64,000 nt of DNA, taken from the IMG/VR virus record IMGVR_UViG_3300027987_000212, positions 1 to 64,000 of that record. One strand, 5' to 3'. Positions 43,053 through 51,133 of the stretch are shown piece by piece. Below the pieces are notes generated by a model. The model saw only the letters and a program-made list of their open reading frames with translations. It was not told where the DNA came from and searched no databases. This stretch comes from a virus. The position numbers were made by a program, and so were the translations under genes. Numbering within the stretch: the first letter of the stretch is position 1; every line of letters starts with the position of its first letter.

Positions 43053-43241
43053 ATGGACAAGCCAGACGAAGAAGGTATGTCGAAGTTCGGGGTAGACGAG
43101 ACTCTTCCCGAGGAGAAGCTCGCATTCATGCAGTACGATGAGCAGGGTAACGCTACCTGCCCACTCTGCAAACAAAAAGCAGAACGGCATGGTAGCGTGT
43201 TCATCTGTCCCACACATGGTACGGAGCCATTCGAAAAGTGA
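43053..43241 (+). CDS. small Zn-ribbon protein
   Basis: CPLC...CPTHG; AAGGAGG RBS. Confidence 0.75.
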   Translation: MDKPDEEGMSKFGVDETLPEEKLAFMQYDEQGNATCPLCKQKAERHGSVFICPTHGTEPFEK

Positions 43242-44596
43242 CCAAGAAAGCCGCCAAGAAAAAGAAGGCGGGCAAGGCAAGTAAAACCAACGCGGCGGCG
43301 GGTACCCCCGTCGCCGTTGCGGCACCTGCGTTACCGTCTATGCCCGCCCCCGCCCAACGAGGAGGTGTCGTCACTCGCGAAGAAGTCACCTCCACAAGTC
43401 GACTCCCCGCCAAGCGCAGAGCCATCAGTGAGTGGATGGGGCAGTTCAACACAGCCGAGAGTACTGTGGCAGCCTTCGCTGACCAGGTACAAAACATCAC
43501 CGAACTCAGACGTCCGAGCGGCATCATCTCACTGGACATCGATTGTGGTGGCGGGCTCCCGGCAAACCGCATGTCCATCATCTCTGGGCCAGACAACGCC
43601 GGCAAGTCGTTCCTACTCGCAAAGTACATGGCGATGCACCAACGGCTGTACGGGCCCAACAGTTCCCTCGCCATCTTGAATGTAGAACCATTCAACTACA
43701 AGCGTGCGCTACGCGTAGGTATGGTCATCGCCATACCCGACAACGTCATCGCTCAGTGGAACCAAGAACGCGCTCAGATTGGTCTCCCTGCCTACAACGC
43801 TGACGAGGTCGCCTACTTCAAACGTCAGATTGGTGAAGTAGTGATGCTACGCGGGGACACCGGGGAAGAGGCAATGAACATCGCACTCCAAGCCGTCAAG
43901 TCACGCCACTTCGGCATCGTCGCTATCGACAGCCTCAGCGCCATGCTGCCCGAGAAGAACATGGAGAAAGATGTCGGCGAAACGCCGGCAATGGCCGCAC
44001 AAGCGTTACTTCTGACGGACTTCGCGCAGAAGTACATGCCCACTATGAACATACTCAACGAGCGTGCCAACGAAACAACACTCATCGGCATCGCACAAGT
44101 CCGGTCGAACAAGGACAAAGCTACCGCAGGGCCAGCCGCCAAGTACATGAAGGACTGGGCAGCGACCGGCGCTTGGGCCACAAAACACCTGAAGAGCATC
44201 GACATCCAAATCTGGGACGCTGCCAAGATACGTAAAACGATTGGCGGCGTGCAGCATACCGTAGGCAAGGAGCTCAAGTGGGCCATCGAAAAGGGCAAAG
44301 ACGGTACGCACGATGGACGCACTGGCTCTACCGAGTTCTACTACGAGGGCTACTTACCCGCTGGCACGGATGACTTGGGCGGGCTCTACGTCGAAGGCTT
44401 CCGCCAAAGAGTGTTCGTGCCAACCGGGAAAGGCACCTCCTTCGACATCATACATCCAGTGACCCGCGTGAAGCAGGAGACCATCCAGAACCCCACCCAG
44501 TTCCAGAAGATGATGGCGGCGGACTTCGCCTACGAACTTCGCATGCGCTACTACATCCTTCGCGCTGCAGGAATCGAATGTCTGTATCAACCCTAA
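43238..44596 (+). CDS. recA: RecA/UvsX-like recombinase
   Basis: SGIISLDIDCGGGLP, GPDNAGKS, NVE, VAIDSL, IAQVR and GKELKWAIEKGK. Confidence 0.9.
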   Translation: MTKKAAKKKKAGKASKTNAAAGTPVAVAAPALPSMPAPAQRGGVVTREEVTSTSRLPAKRRAISEWMGQFNTAESTVAAFADQVQNITELRRPSGIISLDIDCGGGLPANRMSIISGPDNAGKSFLLAKYMAMHQRLYGPNSSLAILNVEPFNYKRALRVGMVIAIPDNVIAQWNQERAQIGLPAYNADEVAYFKRQIGEVVMLRGDTGEEAMNIALQAVKSRHFGIVAIDSLSAMLPEKNMEKDVGETPAMAAQALLLTDFAQKYMPTMNILNERANETTLIGIAQVRSNKDKATAGPAAKYMKDWAATGAWATKHLKSIDIQIWDAAKIRKTIGGVQHTVGKELKWAIEKGKDGTHDGRTGSTEFYYEGYLPAGTDDLGGLYVEGFRQRVFVPTGKGTSFDIIHPVTRVKQETIQNPTQFQKMMAADFAYELRMRYYILRAAGIECLYQP

Positions 44597-45105
44597 ACGT
44601 TGACTACGAATACCGCCAAGAGGGCTCGTACATCACCGTGCACACTCCGGAGGGGCCCGTCACTGTCGGCCCCTTCAATCCCTTCCAAGACCATTGCCTG
44701 CATGGTGTAAAGCCGGCTGCAATGAAGAGCATGCCCCCTATCACGTCGAAGTCAGCCAAGACACAGCGACGCCGCGCTATGCGGCAAGAAGACGAGATTG
44801 CCTCACGCTACGAGGGAGGTCGTCGTGTACGTGGGTCTGGCTCAGTCAAGGGAAACAAGGGTGACGTTCGCGTCCACGGCCTCTTCCGCATCGAAGCCAA
44901 GTACACCCAACACGACTCCTACCGAATCACACTCGAACTACTGCGCAAGCTACGAGGGGAGGCTGCCGGCTTAGAACTACCCATGTTCGAGATTCACTTT
45001 CTAGACGAGTGCCGCCAAGCACGCGAACGCTGGGTGCTGTTCGATGCCCGTTACCTGCACTTCATGAAGTACGAGCCACCCTATGCAACTACTGTCCATA
45101 GCTGA
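44578..45105 (+). CDS. PD-(D/E)XK nuclease, Holliday junction resolvase-like
   Basis: QEDEIA...GSG...KGDV...IEAKYT. Confidence 0.7.
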   Translation: MSVSTLNVDYEYRQEGSYITVHTPEGPVTVGPFNPFQDHCLHGVKPAAMKSMPPITSKSAKTQRRRAMRQEDEIASRYEGGRRVRGSGSVKGNKGDVRVHGLFRIEAKYTQHDSYRITLELLRKLRGEAAGLELPMFEIHFLDECRQARERWVLFDARYLHFMKYEPPYATTVHS

Positions 45106-46006
45106 CCTAGCACGCCCACCCGACCAACTAGCTCCCATCATCCAGCAAGTAGGGCAACTGGGTAACCTGTACAAGCGCTTCATCGAAGAAGACGACGAGA
45201 CGTACAGCTACACCGTGACAGACTACTCCGAGAAGTCGCGCAAGCCAGGGTTTCATGCCTCGGAACTATCTGGGTGCTTTCGGCGGCTGGTTTACAGTAG
45301 GTGGAATACAGAGAAGAGGCCCAACCACAAGTTGGACGTCAACATGAAGATGCGCTTCCGTATCGGCACGGCAACGCATGGGATGGTGCAGGCTGACTTC
45401 CACCGCATGGTTGCGAAGCTTGGTACCACAACGTACCACGGAGTACCCATCTCCATCACGTTCCAAGACGAGGTAATCGTCAGTACGGAGAACTCCGCTA
45501 CCGCTGCTCGGTGGGACATCAGCTCGAGCTGTGACGGGCTGTTCACCTACTGGTACTGGGCTGGCGCCCAGTGGTTGCCCTACATCCGTGTTGGTTTGGA
45601 AATCAAAACGCAGTCTGACGCAGACTTCGGTAAGACTACCGAACCCAAATCAGACCACCGTGACCAGATAGCCACCTACATGCAATGCCTGGACATCCCG
45701 CTCTTCTGGACCTTCTACTACAACAAAAGCAACAGCAACTTCACCCAGCCCGAAGCCCCCTGGCTCATGCAGTTCGATGCGCCTCGCTGGGCTAAGCTGG
45801 AGAACCGCATGGTCTCCGCAGTAGAGCACGTGCAGCACGCTACCTTACCCGCACGTGAGGAGGGCAAGCCCTGCGGTTGGTGCCCCTACGCGTGGCACTG
45901 CCAACCCAACATCCTCAAACGTAAGTCGTACAACAACCAACCAAACGTATCACCAACCATGCTCAATAGGAGGAATCGCCATGAGTGGGCTAGAGCTTCC
46001 GCATAG
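45083..46006 (+). CDS. Cas4-like PD-(D/E)XK exonuclease
   Basis: ASELSGCFRR, GTATH, SCDG, LEIKT, QIATYM and CGWCPYAWHC. Confidence 0.8.
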   Translation: MQLLSIADLARPPDQLAPIIQQVGQLGNLYKRFIEEDDETYSYTVTDYSEKSRKPGFHASELSGCFRRLVYSRWNTEKRPNHKLDVNMKMRFRIGTATHGMVQADFHRMVAKLGTTTYHGVPISITFQDEVIVSTENSATAARWDISSSCDGLFTYWYWAGAQWLPYIRVGLEIKTQSDADFGKTTEPKSDHRDQIATYMQCLDIPLFWTFYYNKSNSNFTQPEAPWLMQFDAPRWAKLENRMVSAVEHVQHATLPAREEGKPCGWCPYAWHCQPNILKRKSYNNQPNVSPTMLNRRNRHEWARASA

Positions 46007-46589
46007 CATGGGTGTTGAAACCCTCACTTGGGGAGCGCAGCAACACCATGCTCTCTACACGCAAATGAACACCGCGGCGGCAATCGAGCAGGAGCTCACC
46101 TCCTGGGGGTTCGAAGCCACCCCACGGCCAGTTCAAACCTACCCCAGCATCACTACGGAGGGGCTCACCAGCAGCAACACCGACCTCATCATCGAGCTCT
46201 TGGCTAGGGTCACCGCCTGGCACAACTACTCGGAGAACACCGCAACGCGGGTCAAGATAGTACTTGCCCAGCTCAAGCGGATACAGGCCAACGTAGAACG
46301 CGAGATACGAGCAGCGGCCGTTGCCGCTGCCAAACGAGACAAGCAGAAGAAGCCATCTGAGGCTACCCTCAAGGTACTGCCAGAGACCAACCCTCACTGG
46401 CAGCAACTCGACTTGGAGATACTGCAGTACGAACAACGCAAAGCACTGCTAGACTCCGCCGTCAATCGAGCCACCCGCGACTACACCATGGTCTCCCGCT
46501 CGGTAGAGCTACGCAAAATCGATATCGAAGCAGGGCGCAGAACTGGTAACGCCCCGTACGCCGGTGCAGGGATGCGGCCCCACCAATGA
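45981..46589 (+). CDS. coiled-coil protein, possibly UvsY-like recombination mediator (start ATG 45981)
   Basis: AGGAGG RBS; helical, ends MVSRSVELRK; near recA. The function is a guess. Confidence 0.5.
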   Translation: MSGLELPHSMGVETLTWGAQQHHALYTQMNTAAAIEQELTSWGFEATPRPVQTYPSITTEGLTSSNTDLIIELLARVTAWHNYSENTATRVKIVLAQLKRIQANVEREIRAAAVAAAKRDKQKKPSEATLKVLPETNPHWQQLDLEILQYEQRKALLDSAVNRATRDYTMVSRSVELRKIDIEAGRRTGNAPYAGAGMRPHQ

Positions 46590-47044
46590 GCCAGTTACAC
46601 ATGGTCTTCGAGGGCGTGCCCCCTACCACCAACCACGCCTATATCGATAAAGTAGTCCCCGCAGCAAACCAGCCAAAGGGTGGGAAGGGGAAAGGCGGCG
46701 GCAAGCGCTGGGTAGTCAAGCGAATACTAAGTCCTGAGGGGGAGGCGTACAAGCTCGGCATCTCGACGCAAGTAGCTCAGCGCTACGGAGCCCAGACAAC
46801 CTGGGTACGGAAGGATGTTCCTTACGGGCTACTCATTCAGGTCGAAATGGTCATCGAAAATTCAGGGTGGCCAAAAGATGCCGAAAGCCGGTATAAGAAG
46901 CTCGACGCCAGCAACCGCTGCAAACTGCTGGAGGATGCCCTAGCGCCGAGTTTGGGTATCGACGACAGGCAGTTCCTCACCGTGACCGTACACAAGGTGC
47001 ACTCGCTCGTAGAACGCACCCAAGTCTGGATTTGGACCCTCTAG
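46586..47044 (+). CDS. rusA: RusA-like Holliday junction resolvase
   Basis: PPTTNHAY...KLDASNRCKLLEDAL...GIDDRQF. Confidence 0.75.
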   Translation: MSQLHMVFEGVPPTTNHAYIDKVVPAANQPKGGKGKGGGKRWVVKRILSPEGEAYKLGISTQVAQRYGAQTTWVRKDVPYGLLIQVEMVIENSGWPKDAESRYKKLDASNRCKLLEDALAPSLGIDDRQFLTVTVHKVHSLVERTQVWIWTL

Positions 47045-47056
47045 TCTGGAGCTAGC

Positions 47057-47407
47057 GTGACCTTCGACGAAGCCACTCGGCTAAACCACACAGAAGCCTA
47101 CCAACTCTGCCGACACGCTGGTATCCCGTGTCTCCCCAGCGAGCCGAAGGAAGCACTCATCGAGTACCTACTAGGTTTGCGCCAACCTCTTGCTGTAACG
47201 GAGAGCAATCACCCATTCGACACCTGGCGGCACGGCCTCGCTGGCTTCGTACTGGACCACTGGGAAGTGGTTCAGGCGCAACTTCGTTGTCCTCTGCGCA
47301 GCAAAGACCCGCGTTCGTGCTTCGGTTGCCTCGACACGCGCGTAGTCGAATGCCTAGTCAAGAACCCCCGCAATGAGCACCTCATTCAACTACACAGGAA
47401 GACATGA
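47057..47407 (+). CDS. Rho-N/HeH-like N-terminus plus Cys-rich domain
   Basis: LNHTEAYQLCRHAGIP...PKEALIEYLL; CPL...CFGC...C. Confidence 0.7.
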   Translation: MTFDEATRLNHTEAYQLCRHAGIPCLPSEPKEALIEYLLGLRQPLAVTESNHPFDTWRHGLAGFVLDHWEVVQAQLRCPLRSKDPRSCFGCLDTRVVECLVKNPRNEHLIQLHRKT

Positions 47408-48387
47408 CGGACTACATCACAATCGACAACGCACCGCGCAGTAGCGAAGAGCTATTCAAGTTAGGCCGGTCTGCACGCTACCGACTAGCCTGCGCCATCC
47501 CTGGGTTCATCATCGATACCGCGGGGCAAGTCATCGCGTCGGCAGACGCCGCATACTTGCAGGCCACCGAAGAGCAGCAAACTCAAATGCTGCTCGAGGC
47601 CTTCCAAACCTACGACACTCAGCAAGGACACACGCCCGCAGGGCATCAGCAGCAAGGACACCCATCAATGAGCAACCCCCAGCAACCAGGCAACCCCCCT
47701 CCCGGCTACGGAGCTCCGCCCCCCGGCTACGCGCCTCAGCCAGGATACGGTGCTCCGCCACCTGGCTACGGCGCCCCACCCCCCGGATACGTTGCACCAC
47801 CCCCCGGGGCGCCACAACCCGGGTACGCTGCTCCACCTCCCGGCGCCCCACCAACGGCACCGCCACAGCCCGGCTACGGAGCTCCCCCTCCAGGCTACGG
47901 AGCTCCCCCTCCCGGTGCACCTCAACCAGGATACGGGGCCCCGCCGCCAAACGCCCCGCCTCCCGGGTATGCACCCCAGCCCGGATACGGCGCGCCGCCC
48001 GGCGCACCTCCCGGACCGCCCACAGCTGCCCCAGGCGCGCCCCCACCCCATGGTGCCCCGCCTCCCGGCGGCTTCGCTCCTCCGCCCCCCGGGGCCCCGC
48101 CTCCGGGAGCCCCGCCGCCTCCCATGGCTCCACCAGGACCCCCGCAGAATCACCTACCCCCTGCGCCCCCGCCACCTCCAAATGCCGGGGCCCCGATGGT
48201 TGACTTCGGCGTCTACGCGGCAGGGTCGATGAGCCTGCTCAACACCATTGGGCTGCTCGTCCTCTACGTCGCCGAACGCGTGTTGCAAACGCCCAAAGAA
48301 CAGCTCATTCCCGCCATCGAGAATGACCTGAAGAACGGGGCTCTGCAGCAACTCCTCGCGAAGAGCGCTCCGCCGGGAAACGGGTAA
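47404..48387 (+). CDS. Pro-Gly-Tyr repeat low-complexity protein (0-frame product, 327 aa)
   Basis: Globular N-terminus, about 165 aa of PPPGYGA/PQPGYGA repeats, helical C-terminus. Confidence 0.85.
   Translation: MTDYITIDNAPRSSEELFKLGRSARYRLACAIPGFIIDTAGQVIASADAAYLQATEEQQTQMLLEAFQTYDTQQGHTPAGHQQQGHPSMSNPQQPGNPPPGYGAPPPGYAPQPGYGAPPPGYGAPPPGYVAPPPGAPQPGYAAPPPGAPPTAPPQPGYGAPPPGYGAPPPGAPQPGYGAPPPNAPPPGYAPQPGYGAPPGAPPGPPTAAPGAPPPHGAPPPGGFAPPPPGAPPPGAPPPPMAPPGPPQNHLPPAPPPPPNAGAPMVDFGVYAAGSMSLLNTIGLLVLYVAERVLQTPKEQLIPAIENDLKNGALQQLLAKSAPPGNG
47690..48180 (+). repeat. coding tandem repeat (P)PPGYGA / PQPGYGA
   Basis: Recurring CCCGGCTACGGAGCTCC / CCAGGATACGG units. Confidence 0.85.
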
Positions 48388-48407
48388 GCGCACTCTGGCC
48401 AGGGTGC
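48375..48407 (+). other. candidate programmed -1 ribosomal frameshift signal
   Basis: In-phase G GGA AAC at 48375-48381, one codon before TAA; hairpin GCACUCU-GGCC-AGGGUGC 8 nt downstream. Confidence 0.6.
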
Positions 48408-48572
48408 AGATTCCCTCACCCCCACGAGTACGTGGAACTGGACAACCGAGCCCTGGAGGCGATGACGCCTCTGGGGCTTTGGCAACTGGCCGAACAACTA
48501 GGCATCGGACATCCCTCCGATACCAGCACTAGTGGACTGCTACGGCACATCAGAAGCTTCTCTGTCGACTGA
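48381..48572 (+). CDS. -1 frame extension (63 aa) of gene 47404, Rho-N/HeH-like
   Basis: Frame open from the slippery site to TGA 48570-48572: RVSALWPGCRFPHPHEYVELDNRALEAMTPLGLWQLAEQLGIGHPSDTSTSGLLRHIRSFSVD. Confidence 0.55.
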   Translation, partial: RVSALWPGCRFPHPHEYVELDNRALEAMTPLGLWQLAEQLGIGHPSDTSTSGLLRHIRSFSVD

Positions 48573-48589
48573 AGAGCGTCGGAGACAAG

Positions 48590-48991
48590 ATGCGTGCACA
48601 CGAGTTAGCTCAGCTCGAGCCCTGGCGACAAAACCTGGGGCAGTCCGAAAGCATCCTAGCTCCTGCGTGGCGCCCCGAAGTACGGGAGCTATGTATGGGC
48701 GAAGTCACTTACGAGATGTCAGAGGGGGCAAGTACTGGGTGGTGGTGTTGCAGGGTCTGCGGGTTCTGCAGCAACGCAACAACACACAGCCACCACAAGG
48801 TACAGCACCCAGAGAACTACTACCACGACAGCTACGACGCGTTCTTCGAACACCGACGACAGCAAGGCGTGGATGAGGACACTGCCAAGCGTCAGGCGCT
48901 GTTCCTCATTGGGGTAGCTCTTCGGGCAGCAACAGCAACCCCACCGAACAAACTCACCGAGTTCGTCAACCGACTCTTGTCGATGACGTGA
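48590..48991 (+). CDS. hypothetical protein with CxxC...HxxxH Zn finger
   Basis: CRVCGFC...HHKVQH. Confidence 0.75.
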   Translation: MRAHELAQLEPWRQNLGQSESILAPAWRPEVRELCMGEVTYEMSEGASTGWWCCRVCGFCSNATTHSHHKVQHPENYYHDSYDAFFEHRRQQGVDEDTAKRQALFLIGVALRAATATPPNKLTEFVNRLLSMT

Positions 48992-48996
48992 TGCGG

Positions 48997-49026
48997 GGCA
49001 GGGGCTGACTACCAGTCCCTGCCTTT
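48997..49026. terminator. hairpin terminator between convergent blocks
   Basis: GGCAGGGGCTG-ACTAC-CAGTCCCTGCC followed by TTT. Confidence 0.65.
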
Positions 49027-49028
49027 AG

Positions 49029-49562
49029 CTACCTGTTTACCGCCCAGACTCCCACCCCTACCAGAGCCCCCGCAGTAACCACACCCAGCCCATAGTAAAA
49101 CGCCGGTGAGTCGAAGAAGCCCGGTTCGCGCTCACGCTCTTCTGCGGCTAAACGTGCTTGCTCCGCACGAAGCAACCGCTGGTTAAGGTCACTCTCTACT
49201 TGTGCTGCACGGTAGCGCTCCGCGTTCAACACACGTAGCTGATAGTGCTGCTGTACTGCGCAAAGGTTACGCTCTCGAGCCAAGTCTGCTTGGTACCGGT
49301 AGCGCCATTGCTGCAACCAGAACCCCCAACGGATGGCAGTGTCCACGTCGAACAGGTGCCCCTCGAATGGGGCAACCGCCCCTTTCGTCAACTCGACGAT
49401 GTTGTCCTCGCCGTCGGGCAAGGTCTGCAGCGGGGGGTCGAGAACAATACTCTCGGGGGCTACCAGCTTCAACTCAGGCACCTTTTCCAACGTCGGCACC
49501 ACGGATTGAGCCAGTACCTGCGCAGGCATCAGCACGCACGCAGCGAACACCTGGTACTTCAT
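49029..49562 (-). CDS. secreted/membrane coiled-coil protein, spanin-like
   Basis: Signal peptide MKYQVFAACVLMPAQVLAQ, coiled coil and C-terminal TM segment. Confidence 0.55.
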   Translation of the reverse strand: MKYQVFAACVLMPAQVLAQSVVPTLEKVPELKLVAPESIVLDPPLQTLPDGEDNIVELTKGAVAPFEGHLFDVDTAIRWGFWLQQWRYRYQADLARERNLCAVQQHYQLRVLNAERYRAAQVESDLNQRLLRAEQARLAAEEREREPGFFDSPAFYYGLGVVTAGALVGVGVWAVNR

Positions 49563-50179
49563 CCAAACAGCTCCTCACGCAGGCGGTCCCTGATGTGCTC
49601 AGCAGCTGCACGAGGCGTCACACCAACAGCCGCCTGAGTAACTCGCTGCACAGCCTTGTGCGCATCTTGAAAACGCCGCCGGGCGTCCTCCTCCCCAAGC
49701 TTGTCCAAGTGAGTGAGGCAGCTGACGAGTACCATTGCCGTCTTCACCCTCCCCGTCGGTTCGATGCGCAGCATGGACTTCATCATGTCGAGGCTGAGTG
49801 TGGCCATACCGTCCAGCAGCTTTCGCGGGATGTGCTCTACGTACGCTGCAGTCGCCTCCTCACGGGAGTTGAAGCCGAGGAAGACCTTGTACTCGTCAAA
49901 AGTCCCATCATCCTTCTTCTGCGTCACCCAATACGCTTGCCCAGCCTTCGCATTGGGCCCAAGGAAGACGTCCAAGCCATCACCATCTCCGCCAAGTGTC
50001 TTTGGAATGAAGCCGTAGTCGTACTTGTAGACCCGCTTCCAGGGAGTACCAGACGCATCGGTACCCTCCATCACAAACCCCTTGGGGCGGTCCACACAGA
50101 TGGGGATGCCTTGGAACTCGAGGCGCTTCTTGACGGTATCTGCCGAACAAGCCTTGCCCTGGTACGTACCGGTTGCCAC
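49559..50179 (-). CDS. inorganic-pyrophosphatase-fold (InPase-like) protein
   Basis: PKG...YDYGFIPKTLGGDGDGLDVFLG...FDEYKVFLGF; C-terminal VKTA and DKLG motifs. Confidence 0.7.
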   Translation of the reverse strand: MATGTYQGKACSADTVKKRLEFQGIPICVDRPKGFVMEGTDASGTPWKRVYKYDYGFIPKTLGGDGDGLDVFLGPNAKAGQAYWVTQKKDDGTFDEYKVFLGFNSREEATAAYVEHIPRKLLDGMATLSLDMMKSMLRIEPTGRVKTAMVLVSCLTHLDKLGEEDARRRFQDAHKAVQRVTQAAVGVTPRAAAEHIRDRLREELFG

Positions 50180-50182
50180 AGC

Positions 50183-50755
50183 TCAGTCTACCAAAAGAGT
50201 GAGACGCCCGTCACGCAGCTCTTCACGCAACTGCTGCACTACACCAGCGTACCACCGCAGCAGCGACTTCCGGAAAGGCCACATCCAGAAGTACTCAGCT
50301 GAAGTGAAGTGGTGCAAGACGTAGTCTCGATATTCATCGTTGTCCAACACACGTACCCCGTACACTTGCACTAGCCCGCGCAACGACTCTGTATACGCTT
50401 CCTTCTCGAACTTGGCTCGGTAGAAGGCAAGCCCGCCTGGAAGTACGAAAAGGTAGAGCAGCCGAAACAGCAGCGACCCGTAGCGCCGCTCCTGTTCCAT
50501 GTGCACCATCTCGTGCCGAAGAGTCACTGCCCGCAACTTGCTGTCGCGCTTGTCCCACCCATCAGGTACGTACACAGTTGCGCCGATAGTTGTGACGAAC
50601 GAGGTCATGAACGACCGCATCAAACCGAATGTGATGATACGTAGTACGACATCGATGGTCTTCATGAGCCTGCTGGACCGCTTGGGCTTGACGCTCCCAC
50701 CATAGTGCTTCGCCATGTAGCCGAGCACATCACCATACTTCGTACTGAGTATCAT
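50183..50755 (-). CDS. zincin-like metallopeptidase (HExxH)
   Basis: TTIGATVY...LRHEMVHMEQ...FEKEAY; hydrophobic flanks. Confidence 0.7.
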   Translation of the reverse strand: MILSTKYGDVLGYMAKHYGGSVKPKRSSRLMKTIDVVLRIITFGLMRSFMTSFVTTIGATVYVPDGWDKRDSKLRAVTLRHEMVHMEQERRYGSLLFRLLYLFVLPGGLAFYRAKFEKEAYTESLRGLVQVYGVRVLDNDEYRDYVLHHFTSAEYFWMWPFRKSLLRWYAGVVQQLREELRDGRLTLLVD

Positions 50756-51132
50756 CGCTTGCTCCTACCGCGCATGTCGTCCCCCACCCCCTTCAAGAAC
50801 CGATTACGCACACTGGGGTCCTTCCGCAGCTGCTCGAGCTGAGCCCTCTGACCTTCCTCGTACTCGCGCACACGCTGGCTGTGCGCCCCGATTACCTGGT
50901 CATGCGCCTGGTCGCGGTCTGCCGCAGCTGCGGCTACCTCCTTGTCCCTCTCCTCTGCAGCCTCTCTCTGCACTTCTGCCGCACCCACTACCTCGGGGGC
51001 AACAACTGCAGGCGGTTGCCGGCGAAGGCGCAGGAAGAGCACCACCAGCCCCACAGGAAAGAGCACCACCAGGTACCAGTGCTTCTTCAGCCAAGGCTTG
51101 GCGAGCAAGCGCCACCATACCGCGAAGGGCAC
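50752..51132 (-). CDS. inner-membrane anchored coiled-coil protein, i-spanin-like
   Basis: N-terminal TM WYLVVLFPVGLVVLFL, then a charged coiled coil. Confidence 0.55.
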   Translation of the reverse strand: MPFAVWWRLLAKPWLKKHWYLVVLFPVGLVVLFLRLRRQPPAVVAPEVVGAAEVQREAAEERDKEVAAAAADRDQAHDQVIGAHSQRVREYEEGQRAQLEQLRKDPSVRNRFLKGVGDDMRGRSKR

Positions 51133-51133
51133 C

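Noticed and set aside
45083-46006. CRISPR-Cas system implied by the Cas4-like gene
   Set aside because: No cas1/cas2 or array; solo Cas4-like nucleases are common in phage recombination clusters
47690-48180. Collagen-like protein
   Set aside because: Gly is not at every third position; the units are 7-mer PPPGYGA types
49202-50302. 366-aa + strand ORF and many other overlapping or antisense ORFs in the track (e.g. 13184-13945, 18660-19475, 56573-57379, 47531-48181)
   Set aside because: They are shadow ORFs opposite or out of frame to well-supported genes in GC-rich DNA, with no RBS or motifs
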